Source: a virus. From it: 64,000 nucleotides of DNA. A program made the position numbers and the translations under genes. The notes beneath the pieces were generated by a model. That model was not told the origin of the DNA. It saw only the letters and a program-made list of their open reading frames with translations, and did no database searches. The stretch is from positions 98,309 through 162,308 of IMG/VR virus record IMGVR_UViG_3300029908_000007; one strand, written 5' to 3'. Of the stretch, positions 1 through 10,238 are shown piece by piece; position 1 is the first letter of the stretch; each line of letters starts with the position of its first letter.

Positions 1-128
1 ATGGTTTGACCGGAGGAACCCGTAAAGTATTGAATTTGTTTACTAGTATTGACAAGGGTTGTGGTGCCGCCCGCTGTGGCAGTACTAGCTTCTTGCATTA
101 CAACTTGGCCGAATTGAAACAGTCCCAT
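1..128 (-). CDS. Tail-fibre-associated protein, N-terminus (runs off window start)
   Basis: ATG at 128 with AAGGAG RBS and late motif upstream. MGLFQFGQVVMQEASTATAGGTTTLVNTSKQIQYFTGSSGQT resembles the TATAASTTTLSVSSTYYQQFTGTTTQT segment of 1242..2006. Confidence 0.7.
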   Translation of the reverse strand, partial: MGLFQFGQVVMQEASTATAGGTTTLVNTSKQIQYFTGSSGQT

Positions 129-155
129 TGAAACTCCTTTAAACTCTATCTATCA

Positions 156-163
156 TAAAGATT
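156..163 (-). promoter_or_regulatory. Late-promoter motif AATCTTTA (representative copy)
   Basis: Also at 7889, 9339, 21366, 23161, 28480, 34080, 39200 and 57945 (minus) and 7938 (plus), all intergenic. Confidence 0.8.
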
Positions 164-170
164 GCGATTT

Positions 171-1220
171 CTACTGGTAAGCCGCTAATTGCCATGCCAG
201 CCTATAATTTGAGGATCCAGTTGGTACATTCCAGTTCACCGTAAAAGTCGATATAGTTTTTGCGGTGATTGTAACTGGTTGAAATTGTGGAGAAATATCT
301 GTATAATTGGTAAGCTCTGCTATGACCACGTAATTTGTAGATAATAGCGCTAAGGGGAAGGTAATAGTGATCGATGTTTGACCCGATCCTACAATTGATT
401 CCCCGGATTGTTCCGAAAGTCCTGGCGAAATCGCGTAGTCCAGGTAATAATTCCCGTCCGGAATAAGTTGATTCCATTCAAAAGTCGCGGTAGTCGTGGT
501 TTTATTTGTAACAGTAAGTGGGAAAAATTCAGGATTGGGATCGGTTGAATTATAAATACCGCCCAAGATAACATAGGAACTACTACTTTGTGGACTCAAA
601 AATGTAACTACTTGACTGGTTGTTCCCATAGTTAGTGGAACTTCCTGCGCGGTTCCTCCGCCGCTTCCCGAGCCCGAACCAGATCCATAAAACATGGTGA
701 TCGCGCTTTGAACAACGTTTTGGATGGTACCACCCATATTGTGAAGCGTGACATACCCAAAAGGTTGGGTTTGTGATTGTGGGGCTGGAACCAGAGCGTC
801 GGCTAATACCGCATTTGGGGTACCGATAACTACGGCGATATCATTGCTTTCATCGATAGCTAATAGAATTTGAACGTAATCTCCGGAAGGTAAAGTGAGT
901 GGGATTGATCCTCCCGTAGAGGTGACAATATTTCCACCAGATGAAGCGGGGAAGGTCACGGTTCCACCCGTAAAGACCGGAACTACGGTACCTAAAAAAG
1001 AAGCCGATTTATTTCTGCCTGAGACGGAATTTGCAACTAGAGAAGGACCGATATTGACTACAAGAGAGGGACTAGACGTGGCGTCAATTTTAAATGGAGG
1101 GGTTAGATCTTGATCAATAGAAGATAGTAAAACGTCAAGAGTATTTCCTGAAACCCAAGGAAATAGTTCTTGTAAGATGCCACGATACTCGCTTTGTCTA
1201 GAATCTATGGGTTTATACAT
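171..1220 (-). CDS. Virion/tail-fibre protein with two C-terminal beta-sandwich (H-type-lectin-like) repeats
   Basis: 349 aa, S/T/G-rich; two copies of NxTDxxPxFxPxTxTxKTxxxxTxxWN. Confidence 0.6.
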   Translation of the reverse strand: MYKPIDSRQSEYRGILQELFPWVSGNTLDVLLSSIDQDLTPPFKIDATSSPSLVVNIGPSLVANSVSGRNKSASFLGTVVPVFTGGTVTFPASSGGNIVTSTGGSIPLTLPSGDYVQILLAIDESNDIAVVIGTPNAVLADALVPAPQSQTQPFGYVTLHNMGGTIQNVVQSAITMFYGSGSGSGSGGGTAQEVPLTMGTTSQVVTFLSPQSSSSYVILGGIYNSTDPNPEFFPLTVTNKTTTTATFEWNQLIPDGNYYLDYAISPGLSEQSGESIVGSGQTSITITFPLALLSTNYVVIAELTNYTDISPQFQPVTITAKTISTFTVNWNVPTGSSNYRLAWQLAAYQ

Positions 1221-1241
1221 ATCAATCTCTATATATCATAA

Positions 1242-2006
1242 CTAGTTGTTTGCAATAGCGTGCCAGACCAAAGAATAGTTTGCTGTTGCGGTCGGACTAT
1301 TCCATTTAACCGTAAAGCCCGTGGTACTAAAAGCAGTAATTTCAATAGGTTGAAACTGAGTGTTGGTGTCAGTGGTGTTAATGAAATTACATGTGATGGC
1401 ATAACTTGTATTAGCAAAAGCCGTGCTGTAAGTAACGGAAACCGTGGTAACACCGCTGCCAATGGCCTGTGTTCCCGATCTATAAGTAATAGCGGTTGCA
1501 TTGGTTGCACTATATGCGGCATCCCATGCAGCTGCGGTATTAACTGACGTCGAGGTACAAGTAAATATACACTGAGTTCCAGCCGCCATCACTTGAACGC
1601 TAGCACTTGTAGAAGTCTGAACAGTTACTGAGCCCGTGGAACGATTCATTATCTGATAGGCTTGACCCACAACTAAAGTTGAGGTACTTGGCAAAGTAAC
1701 GGTTTGTGTTGTGGTTCCTGTGAATTGCTGATAATATGTACTTGATACCGATAAAGTCGTAGTACTGGCAGCGGTAGCAGTAGTTGTAAAGCCCTCACTT
1801 ATATTATTGATCTGTGTATTAGCGTTGGTATCCCTAAACATTACCGTAGAAGCCGTAGGAGCTGCTACAAGACTTACCGCACTAGGTGTGGTGGAGCTGC
1901 CACTGATATTAGCTAAGACCGTGGCAGTGGCGATCGACGGCAAATCCGTCAACGCCATCGCCGTGCCTCTTAGTGCTCCACTTACTGGTTTTGTAAAATT
2001 TGACAT
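1242..2006 (-). CDS. Tail-fibre-associated protein with the same C-terminal repeat domain
   Basis: 254 aa, Thr-rich; C-terminal NTTDTNTQFQPIEITAFSTTGFTVKWN. Confidence 0.6.
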   Translation of the reverse strand: MSNFTKPVSGALRGTAMALTDLPSIATATVLANISGSSTTPSAVSLVAAPTASTVMFRDTNANTQINNISEGFTTTATAASTTTLSVSSTYYQQFTGTTTQTVTLPSTSTLVVGQAYQIMNRSTGSVTVQTSTSASVQVMAAGTQCIFTCTSTSVNTAAAWDAAYSATNATAITYRSGTQAIGSGVTTVSVTYSTAFANTSYAITCNFINTTDTNTQFQPIEITAFSTTGFTVKWNSPTATANYSLVWHAIANN

Positions 2007-2031
2007 CCTTACTTTCTATATCATGAACCTA

Positions 2032-4404
2032 TTAGTTGACTCCGACTACTTGCGCGTCAACCCAGATATTGTTAGCATCTTTTACTTGACCCACTCTTAC
2101 GATAGCCAGTCCCGAAGACGATGGCGCCGTTGAAGTACAAGCACCGGAGCTACCTAAGTAAAGTGGCGCTCCCGTGGTGAATCCATGGCTTGGTACATTG
2201 ATGATACCAAATTCGGTTACGGTTACCGACTGACCTTGAGAAACACCGGAACCAGGATAGGCCAAACCGATAACGTAAAAATTGTCTGTTGTAGCAGCGT
2301 TGTTGTCGGCTTTCCACATTCTGCCCACGGTCGAACCGCCATCGGTTGACAACGCGTATCTCAAAGCGTACAGCGTAGAAGCGGTAAGCGATTGATCCGA
2401 GGTTTCCGTCGTGGTTGTAGCAGTGCTAACTGTTGAGGGCGTCGCCCATGCCGCAGTGCCTCCGGAGACCGTCAATACCTGTCCCGTAGACCCAATTGCA
2501 AGATTGGTTGCGGAATTGCTGCCGTTGCCAACGATCAAATCGCCAGTCGCTGTGATTGGAGATAATGCGTTAAAAGCCGCTGATTTTGTTGTCTGACCGG
2601 TGCCGCCGTTTGCTATTGCAATTGTAGTTCCAGTCCATGTACCAGACGTAATAGTTCCAACCGAGGTCAGACTGGAACTTACTACCGTACTGTTCAGCGT
2701 GGTTCCAGAAAGCGTTCCGGCTGGAGCCACAACTGCGTTTCCGGTAATGGAAGTTACCAAACCTTTTGCATTAATAGTAACAGCTGGAATGCTGGTAGAA
2801 GAACCCGTGGTACCAGCGGTAGCAACTGTTGCCAATGTAAGAACGGATCCAGAAGTTGTGGCGTCGCCGCTTAGAGCAGCAGCTGCAGTAACCAACCCTT
2901 TTCCGTTTACAGTTACTGAAGCAAATGTTCCCGTATTAGAATTTACAGTTGCAAGAGTAAGAGCTGCAGAGCCCGGTCCGGAAGCCGTTGCGTCCCCGGT
3001 CAATGCTGTGATATAGTTTCCAGCGGCTTGTTTTCCGTTGAAAGTATTCCAGTCCGTTGAAGACAGATATCCGTTTGTAGAGGTATTTGACTGAGTAATG
3101 CTAACGGTGTTTCCAGATAACGACAGGGGAGCGTTGAAAGTATAAGACGTAGGTCCTGCGAACTCCGTAAACATTGGAGTAGAAGAAGATCCGAATACAT
3201 GATTTGCTACAAAAGCGCTGTCAGCGTATACGGTACCATTTAAAATTAACCACGCATCGCCTATTGCGGTAGGTAGTCCGTTTGAAGTCAGGACATAAGC
3301 GGTACCAATCCCACTTGCGGTGTATTCACCGCTTGTAGTTGCTACGGTTTGGTTTCCGAGAATAACTAAATCACCGTTCTGAACCGAATATCCGTCGATG
3401 GTAAGAGTTGCCCCACCAGTCAAAGGTACGTTGCTAGCAGCGTAGGCTTTAGCCGGACCTTGCCATGTTAATCCACTAATCGCGGCATCAACATATCCTT
3501 TTGTAGCCGCATCTGTTGAGGTGGAAGGAGCTGCAAGACCGTTAATCTGATTGCTTCCCATGTTCAGGGCTTGTGCTTGCGTACCCAACGAAGTCAGGGA
3601 AGATGCGGTAACCGTAGAATTCAGAGTGGTTCCAGAAAGTGTGCCAGCAGGTGCTACAACCGCGTTACCAGTAACAGAGGTTACCAATCCCTTAACGTTG
3701 ATGGTGATAGAAGGAATGCTAGTAGAAGAACCTGTGGTTCCAGCAGTTGCGACAGTTGCGAGTGTCAAAGCACCGGAACTTGCAATAGTTGCATCACCGG
3801 ACATCGCAACAGCTGCGGGCTGATTTGAACCGTTTCCAACATAGATATCGTTAGTCGCCAAAGGTAACATTTGGGCGGCTGTAATCGTGCCAGACAACTG
3901 AGAGGTCGGAAGACTTAATGCGGAAAGCGTGGTTAGCGTAGAATTAGAACTTGCTGTAATATTAGAGGCAGTTCCCGTAATGCTCCCGCTCGGGATTACA
4001 TAATCGGTTCCAGCAACAGCGGCACTGATTGCGGTTCCATTACCCTTTAAAAGTCCGGTAATAGTTGTGGTTAGAGTTAGAGCAGGAGTAGATCCTCCAG
4101 AAGAAGTCCCCGCAAATCCGTTGGCAGTATTTACGGAAACCGATGTAACGCTACCAGAAGCAGAAGCGATCCAACTCAGATTACCGCTGCCATCATTTGC
4201 CAAAACGTAGTTTGATCCACCGGCTTGCGCGGCAGGCCAAACAACGGAATACGTCGTGGTCGTGGAATGCGCGGCTTGTGTAAAAGATCCGCCGCCAGTT
4301 GCGGCATTGATCTGAAGACCTTGTACGCTAAGAGTGTTAGTTGAAAGATCAACTGTTCTTGGTACGGCGGAGATAAGTTCTAAAATTTTGCTATAAGTTG
4401 CCAT
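2032..4404 (-). CDS. Tail fibre protein with internal repeats
   Basis: 790 aa; DAATKGYVD fibre motif, duplicated LTLATVATAGTTGSSTSIP...GTTLNSTV block, IANGGTG motif. Confidence 0.75.
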   Translation of the reverse strand: MATYSKILELISAVPRTVDLSTNTLSVQGLQINAATGGGSFTQAAHSTTTTYSVVWPAAQAGGSNYVLANDGSGNLSWIASASGSVTSVSVNTANGFAGTSSGGSTPALTLTTTITGLLKGNGTAISAAVAGTDYVIPSGSITGTASNITASSNSTLTTLSALSLPTSQLSGTITAAQMLPLATNDIYVGNGSNQPAAVAMSGDATIASSGALTLATVATAGTTGSSTSIPSITINVKGLVTSVTGNAVVAPAGTLSGTTLNSTVTASSLTSLGTQAQALNMGSNQINGLAAPSTSTDAATKGYVDAAISGLTWQGPAKAYAASNVPLTGGATLTIDGYSVQNGDLVILGNQTVATTSGEYTASGIGTAYVLTSNGLPTAIGDAWLILNGTVYADSAFVANHVFGSSSTPMFTEFAGPTSYTFNAPLSLSGNTVSITQSNTSTNGYLSSTDWNTFNGKQAAGNYITALTGDATASGPGSAALTLATVNSNTGTFASVTVNGKGLVTAAAALSGDATTSGSVLTLATVATAGTTGSSTSIPAVTINAKGLVTSITGNAVVAPAGTLSGTTLNSTVVSSSLTSVGTITSGTWTGTTIAIANGGTGQTTKSAAFNALSPITATGDLIVGNGSNSATNLAIGSTGQVLTVSGGTAAWATPSTVSTATTTTETSDQSLTASTLYALRYALSTDGGSTVGRMWKADNNAATTDNFYVIGLAYPGSGVSQGQSVTVTEFGIINVPSHGFTTGAPLYLGSSGACTSTAPSSSGLAIVRVGQVKDANNIWVDAQVVGVN

Positions 4405-4417
4405 GATTTACTCCTAA

Positions 4418-4873
4418 TTAAAGTTGACCGATTAGTTGTGGAATTATTACCAAATCTTGCTGTAAACTGTTTGTTTCGTTTTGCACAATTATTCCCACGT
4501 AATAGACGAAGTCGCCGGGACCAAAACCTGTAACACCGTCATCAGGGCGCGTGTTCTGGATGGTACCACTCAGACCAATCCAAATAGCCTGTCCTATCGC
4601 AAATCCGTAGGTAAGAGAAAGATTTAAAAGTCTGCCGTTGCTGATCACTGGCCCGTTGGCATTACCGGGAATTCTGAACTGAGCAATGCCAACAAATGCG
4701 CTAACCGAAGCCTGCGAGGTGACATCGGTGGGCGCGATCATGTCTTGTGTGCCAGTAGAGCTGACAGGGGTTCCTTGAGGAATTGCGGTACCACTATTAT
4801 TGGTATAGTTAGACACAATTCCAGTGGAACTTGCGGTACTTTGCTGACTAAAGAAAAATGGACTATAAGTCAA
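4418..4873 (-). CDS. Small virion structural protein (capsid-cement/fibre-attachment-like fold)
   Basis: 151 aa; similar in style to the C-terminal domain of 2032..4404; structural operon context. Confidence 0.45.
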   Translation of the reverse strand: MTYSPFFFSQQSTASSTGIVSNYTNNSGTAIPQGTPVSSTGTQDMIAPTDVTSQASVSAFVGIAQFRIPGNANGPVISNGRLLNLSLTYGFAIGQAIWIGLSGTIQNTRPDDGVTGFGPGDFVYYVGIIVQNETNSLQQDLVIIPQLIGQL

Positions 4874-4888
4874 AGTTAGCTCCCAAAG

Positions 4889-7861
4889 TTATAAAATATA
4901 CCAAGCTGATCCCGAACTGACCACGGTTACGGTTTGCCATTGCGAAGACAATAGAAAAGTATTGCTGCCATCTATCAATTCCGACCCATTGGCCATAATC
5001 GTTAAAACATTTGCGCTGGAATCGATCTTCTTCATAAAAAAGATTCTTCCAACACCAGTGGCTGCGGTTGGAAGAGATAGTGTAAATGCTCCACCGGTGC
5101 AATCGCCTAAAATTACAAAGTCTGTAGACATTAGGGTATATGGACCGGTTTTCGTAGAAACTGATACCGCGTTTCCAAATGCGTTGGTTCCAGCAGGCCC
5201 TGCGGGACCAGTAGGACCAGTAGGACCTTCGGGTCCGATTTCGCCCAGACTCCCACCATTACCGGCAAAACGAAACTGAAGTTCGTCGCCAACAACTAAT
5301 CCGCCACCGGGAAAACTAACGATTTGAATTTCATTACTAGGAGCGCCAGAGGCCCCGACTTCAGCATAGGCTCCGCTTTCAACGTCTAAAAACTGACCAT
5401 TAAGAAGAACTTGTAGTGTTCCTTTGCCCACGGTATAATATTGCGTTGCGTTGGCTTCTCTGCTATTATTTGGAAGATGAATGAAACCGCCATTGGCAAC
5501 GGGTCCGTTTATAGAGACCGGAGAATTTAAAGAAGGAGGATATGTTCCACCGGAAGCGACGACATCAACGGTCTCATCGTATGTTGGGGAATCCAATGAA
5601 CTTAGAATGATTCCAACGTCTTCATCAAGTTTTTTAATACCCAATGTTAGATTATCGCCGTCTTGAATAGCAAAGTTTCCACTACCAGTTCCGGCCTGTG
5701 TGGCAGAAATTGCAAACGGAGCACCCACATTAACGTTAGCCGGTGAATTGGTAAGACCGGCGCTGTTATTGGTAACGGTAATAACATTACTAATTGCGGT
5801 TGCGGTGAAATCTTTTCTGCTTGTGGAATTGAGAAGAGTGGTCAACGTAGTTGCGGTTTGAGCAGCGGTTTGTCCAGTGGTTACAATCCATTCCAAAGAA
5901 ATCGCATTTGCGATTGGCATTGGATCCACGCCGGTTCCATCTTTGTTTACCCAAACATAGTACTGTATAAGACTAACGGAAGGAAAAATTTCAAAATACT
6001 GATTAGAAGCCATCGAAGCCGCGCTACCGGTTGTAATGCTAACGATCTGTGGAAGAACTAAAGGTCCTCCGCCTTCCCACATTTGATATGTAGAAACATA
6101 GGCTGGAGCGGTGGCGCTTTCAATTGGGCTACCGGTGTAGGTAAGTAGGTTTTGAATTTGAGGACCACTGACGTTTTCGCTGACGCCATATGATAAATCC
6201 ATTCCTAACCAACGAATATAAACTCTAGGTAAGGCGCCGCCGTCATCGTTTCTAGCTAGCAACCACCAAGTATTCGATGCAATCGGTACGCTTGCACGTG
6301 GTACGATTTGAATATCTCTGGAATTACCACTAACACCGGGTAATGTATATTCTCCCCAAGCATATTGAGAAGCCGCTCCGCTAGCCCCCGTAGAAGTTCC
6401 ACCATAAGTAGAAGTCAATGTGACTTGTGAAACAGAATTAACTGTCAAAATCTGATAATAGGCGGCATGACTTGCTGAAGCTATTTTGATCCAATCACCA
6501 GCAAGTACAGCGGACGTCCAGGCCACACTGCCTACGGAACTAACTACAGCAGAAGCATTGGTCCAAATAAGATCTGGGGAGATTGCGGCGTCGCGAGTAA
6601 GTTCTAAATAAGCGACTTCACCATCGGTCAGAGTTACTGTGCTACCCGTAGGATTTGCTTGGATCTGATATTCTAAATTAGAACCTATTACTTTAAAATT
6701 TAAAACGTTGGACCAATTAATTTGGCCCGGTTGCGTTGCCACAGGATTTGTAAATGAAACCGTGGTTCCAGTTACAGTATCTGAGGCTTCGTTGGACATG
6801 ACAACCGTGGAACCACTAATAGAAAGAACCGTGGTGCCAGCGATAAAAGCTTCGCCACTGATATACTGACCACTGGCTATTCCTGTTGTGGAAGCCAGAC
6901 TGGTAATTTGGTTGCTGCCTAGGGTAACGTTACCGGTAGTCGTGAGAATTGGTGTGGTATCGGGAATCACACCGTGACTGATGTTACCATTACTGGTTAA
7001 GATGGTATTAACAGCGTCTTCTCTAAGTTGAGGTACACTGCCACCCGGACTTGGACCGGTCCCAAAAAACGAATACCAATAGGGTCCGCCGCCTAAATCT
7101 AGGAAGCCCGACATCACAGCGTTCATCCAATCCTTGAGATCGGTGATGGCTTTGTCTCCACCGTAAAACGGATTGCTGCCGTTTGTGGTAGTTACTGGTG
7201 GATTTTCTGAAGTCCCTTCCGGCCAACTATAGACATTGAACGGATTAGGATTGGCGCCGCCTGTTCCTAAGCGAAACAGTAGGGGCCTGGAATCTGTTAT
7301 GGAAACCACGTTGTTGCCGCTATCGGTAAGAATTACGGCAATGGGAAGAATGTTGGAAGCCCAAACCGTAGATGTGATTACGAATTCGTAGTTTAGGATG
7401 ATCGCTGCGGGATCAATTGTGGAATCTTGTTGGCTCGTTGAAGGATCCCAAAGCGCACGTTGTACGTCGGTTGTGGGATCTTGGAAGCGATAGTAATCGA
7501 TGCCAACATAGTTATTGGTGCCTGGAACGAAGGCGCCGCTGACATTTGACACAATCGCAGCATTTAGGGTAACAGCGGGGGTTCCAGCTGGAACCAAATA
7601 TATGGTACCTGACTGAGACGCGGTGACGTGCATGAGGGCGCCAGCGCTAACGATTACCTGTAGGTTTGAGGCGGCGCCACCGATGGGGTTGGTGGCCATG
7701 TTTAACGCGAAGCCGTTGATGATATAGGGGTTACCGGCTCCGGTCACGAATGCTTCAAAAGACGTGTCAAAGTCAGCACTTACAGCGGATTCAACAGCCT
7801 TTAGATCAGGCACGTCAACTCTCATCTGACTTAAATAATTTTCGCGGCGCTGAATAGCCAT
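4889..7861 (-). CDS. Baseplate-attached tail fibre protein with a short collagen-like segment
   Basis: Start revised to MAIQRR (7861; late motif and GAGG upstream); GPEGPTGPTGPAGPAG; fibre-type C-terminus KKIDSSANVLTI. Confidence 0.7.
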   Translation of the reverse strand: MAIQRRENYLSQMRVDVPDLKAVESAVSADFDTSFEAFVTGAGNPYIINGFALNMATNPIGGAASNLQVIVSAGALMHVTASQSGTIYLVPAGTPAVTLNAAIVSNVSGAFVPGTNNYVGIDYYRFQDPTTDVQRALWDPSTSQQDSTIDPAAIILNYEFVITSTVWASNILPIAVILTDSGNNVVSITDSRPLLFRLGTGGANPNPFNVYSWPEGTSENPPVTTTNGSNPFYGGDKAITDLKDWMNAVMSGFLDLGGGPYWYSFFGTGPSPGGSVPQLREDAVNTILTSNGNISHGVIPDTTPILTTTGNVTLGSNQITSLASTTGIASGQYISGEAFIAGTTVLSISGSTVVMSNEASDTVTGTTVSFTNPVATQPGQINWSNVLNFKVIGSNLEYQIQANPTGSTVTLTDGEVAYLELTRDAAISPDLIWTNASAVVSSVGSVAWTSAVLAGDWIKIASASHAAYYQILTVNSVSQVTLTSTYGGTSTGASGAASQYAWGEYTLPGVSGNSRDIQIVPRASVPIASNTWWLLARNDDGGALPRVYIRWLGMDLSYGVSENVSGPQIQNLLTYTGSPIESATAPAYVSTYQMWEGGGPLVLPQIVSITTGSAASMASNQYFEIFPSVSLIQYYVWVNKDGTGVDPMPIANAISLEWIVTTGQTAAQTATTLTTLLNSTSRKDFTATAISNVITVTNNSAGLTNSPANVNVGAPFAISATQAGTGSGNFAIQDGDNLTLGIKKLDEDVGIILSSLDSPTYDETVDVVASGGTYPPSLNSPVSINGPVANGGFIHLPNNSREANATQYYTVGKGTLQVLLNGQFLDVESGAYAEVGASGAPSNEIQIVSFPGGGLVVGDELQFRFAGNGGSLGEIGPEGPTGPTGPAGPAGTNAFGNAVSVSTKTGPYTLMSTDFVILGDCTGGAFTLSLPTAATGVGRIFFMKKIDSSANVLTIMANGSELIDGSNTFLLSSQWQTVTVVSSGSAWYIL

Positions 7862-7927
7862 TAAATGCCCTCTGGAATGGATCCTAGGTAAAGATTGTTG
7901 TTTAACTGACACCCCTATTATATCATA

Positions 7928-7957
7928 TTGACATCGCAATCTTTACTGTGATATAGT
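7928..7957 (+). promoter_or_regulatory. sigma70-type promoter with embedded late motif
   Basis: TTGACA...TG-A-TATAGT, with AATCTTTA at 7938-7945 inside the spacer. Confidence 0.6.
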
Positions 7958-7980
7958 CTAAAGTGAAGAGGTGCGCTACA

Positions 7981-8364
7981 GTGGGAAAAAGTAAGCGAAC
8001 AGATAGATCGTTCACTAGAGAGCAGCGATTATCTAAAGAAAACAGGCAGTTAAAGAAAGAGTTGGCTCACCTAAGAAAACAGATAGCCCGTCTGGATCTG
8101 GATCGGTTCGAGACTCTCAGACAAATGGTAGCCGACCATGAGGAAAGCAAGCGTTTTGAAGAAAGTGCTGTAGAAGCCAACTCAAATATAGAGGCTTTGA
8201 AGCGTGATTGGGCATGTCATGAATGCGACAACGGTTTTTTAGAGATTGTTTTGTATTCAAAGATGGGGACTACGCAATACTACAGGAAATGCAATAACTG
8301 CACCAATCGTACCAAGGGTAAGCGTTACGAAGAAACTGTGAAGGGAATCCTAAAGAATGATTGA
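7981..8364 (+). CDS. Coiled-coil plus Zn-ribbon hypothetical protein
   Basis: GTG start after GAGGTG RBS; CHEC...CNNC. Confidence 0.6.
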   Translation: MGKSKRTDRSFTREQRLSKENRQLKKELAHLRKQIARLDLDRFETLRQMVADHEESKRFEESAVEANSNIEALKRDWACHECDNGFLEIVLYSKMGTTQYYRKCNNCTNRTKGKRYEETVKGILKND

Positions 8365-8584
8365 AGGCGACGTTGTTATTTGTGCCACTTCTCAGGCCGG
8401 TAGTATTGTTCAAATCGATGGCAAAAATGTTTGGGTATTGTTAAGAAATCACGATATTTGGACTGGCCTCTTAAGTCAAACCTACAAACCGCAATCCAAA
8501 GAACATCTGGATGCCTGTCCCATAGATGTCGCCAGGGTAGAGGCTAAACGCACAATCCGTGAAGACAGCGGATACGAAGACTAA
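8357..8584 (+). CDS. Hypothetical protein (SH3/KOW-like)
   Basis: 75 aa, overlaps the stop of the upstream gene. Confidence 0.55.
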   Translation: MIEGDVVICATSQAGSIVQIDGKNVWVLLRNHDIWTGLLSQTYKPQSKEHLDACPIDVARVEAKRTIREDSGYED

Positions 8585-9333
8585 TCCACCCACCACTTCG
8601 AATATGGGTTATTATTTAGCCCTTGCGGACTGTAATAAATCGAAGTCACAGACTTCATGGGATCCGCGCCATAGTATTTCTTCAATCTCCAAAACCAAAC
8701 CTTACTTGCTAACCAACACCATAGACTAGTCTTTTTTAGGTTATTTTGAATCGTCCAGGTAAGCTGTCTGGTATTGGTATCCATGACGTTTTCCGACATA
8801 TTGGAAATCGCGATGGCTAGCGCGGAAAAAACGAACAATGGATGACACATCCAGCGAATCCAGCAATGCAAGGGATTGATTAGAGATGGAAATGCCGCCG
8901 AAATCATCGCGGTAAGAAGTGCGGGTTGTCTGATTAAAAAAGCCTGCCATTGCCACTTGCCGGGCTGCGGATTATAGAAAGAGCCTTTATATTTGATACA
9001 ACCCCAAAGTAATTTACGGGGGATTTCCGTGTTTCCCAATTCAATGCATGCGCTTACTGTGCCATAATAGTCATCTGGGCCATTGAGTCCGTCATTTTGT
9101 CCAACAGGAACTCTATTGAGTAGGTTGGAACCAATACACTGATTGATTTTGGCGGCGTAGTCTATTTTGTCTTGATCGGTAAGTTGTCCGTTTTTGTTTA
9201 ATAATATATAATAGATGGAAGTAAAAAGATTTCCATTGTCAGAGCCGCTTTGTCCGGGTTGCCACGTACCTGGATTTGGGGTGTTTAAATTGTTTCCATC
9301 AATGTACGTGGAAAAATCCTGTCTTATCGTCAT
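8581..9333 (-). CDS. Hypothetical protein, late-expressed
   Basis: 250 aa; late motif ends 5 nt before the ATG (near-leaderless). Confidence 0.6.
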   Translation of the reverse strand: MTIRQDFSTYIDGNNLNTPNPGTWQPGQSGSDNGNLFTSIYYILLNKNGQLTDQDKIDYAAKINQCIGSNLLNRVPVGQNDGLNGPDDYYGTVSACIELGNTEIPRKLLWGCIKYKGSFYNPQPGKWQWQAFLIRQPALLTAMISAAFPSLINPLHCWIRWMCHPLFVFSALAIAISNMSENVMDTNTRQLTWTIQNNLKKTSLWCWLASKVWFWRLKKYYGADPMKSVTSIYYSPQGLNNNPYSKWWVD

Positions 9334-9402
9334 ATTAGTAAAGATTGTTTTTAGCTTGACTTCTGCCGCAATACCATATAGGGTATTTGGTGGAGGATAG
9401 CT

Positions 9403-9834
9403 ATGACCTATCTACAAATCATAACTGCTGCTGCCAAAGCAGCTAAGGTGAGCGCAATACTTCTGTATTCGATCTGTTCTCACGAGAGTCGCAATTTCGA
9501 ACTCGACTATTCTCTATATGACTCCGGATCTCCGAGTTATAGTGTTTGCCAAATAAAAGAAACCACAGCAATTCAGATGGGATGGCAAGGAAAAAATCCC
9601 ATGGAACTTCGAGATCCCCATGTTGGCATTAAATTTGCAGCGCTTTATCTGAGATATCAGCAAGACCGCTATGGCTCGGGGGATTGGGTTAAGTTGGCAA
9701 GCGCTTACAATGCGGGAAGCTATTCCGAAGGTAGAGTTAGAGGATGTCCCAAAAATCTAGGCTATATTAAATTGGTAAAGGAAAAGCTGCCCAAGAACCT
9801 AAGATATAAACTTAGCTGCGGTCCAAGGCCATAA
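9403..9834 (+). CDS. SLT-family lytic transglycosylase-like protein
   Basis: HES (catalytic Glu), CQI, YL, AYNAG motifs. Confidence 0.75.
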   Translation: MTYLQIITAAAKAAKVSAILLYSICSHESRNFELDYSLYDSGSPSYSVCQIKETTAIQMGWQGKNPMELRDPHVGIKFAALYLRYQQDRYGSGDWVKLASAYNAGSYSEGRVRGCPKNLGYIKLVKEKLPKNLRYKLSCGPRP

Positions 9835-10237
9835 GAGGAATCATTCCTTTAAAGGAAAAGTTCAGTTTATATGTGCCGGTAGCAGGGATGGAATGATTTT
9901 CACTAACTACTTTACACTGAGGAATAAAGAGAATATCTTCAGAAGTAGAGCGATCCGTAACTCTCAAACTCACATAAGGATTTGCAGAAACATCGGTGAA
10001 TAGTGGACGCAAGTTTTTAGCCTGAAGTCCACCTGAGTTTTTGATGCGAAATCCGCTTACGTTTCCGCTCACCGTTACTTTTCCACCTGCGATTTCTTGG
10101 CTATAGGCGCTGTCAATTCCGAAAATCTCCTCTTCGCCGTAATCGATGCCAAAACTAACATCGGCAACTTCTTTATAAAGTTGATTATTCCAAAAAATCG
10201 TGATTTGCGCTCCGGTGATTACAACTGGTAGTGACAT
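9812..10237 (-). CDS. Tail-tube-like/baseplate tube-initiator protein
   Basis: 141 aa beta-rich; follows the baseplate wedge genes. Confidence 0.55.
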   Translation of the reverse strand: MSLPVVITGAQITIFWNNQLYKEVADVSFGIDYGEEEIFGIDSAYSQEIAGGKVTVSGNVSGFRIKNSGGLQAKNLRPLFTDVSANPYVSLRVTDRSTSEDILFIPQCKVVSENHSIPATGTYKLNFSFKGMIPLMALDRS

Positions 10238-10238
10238 A

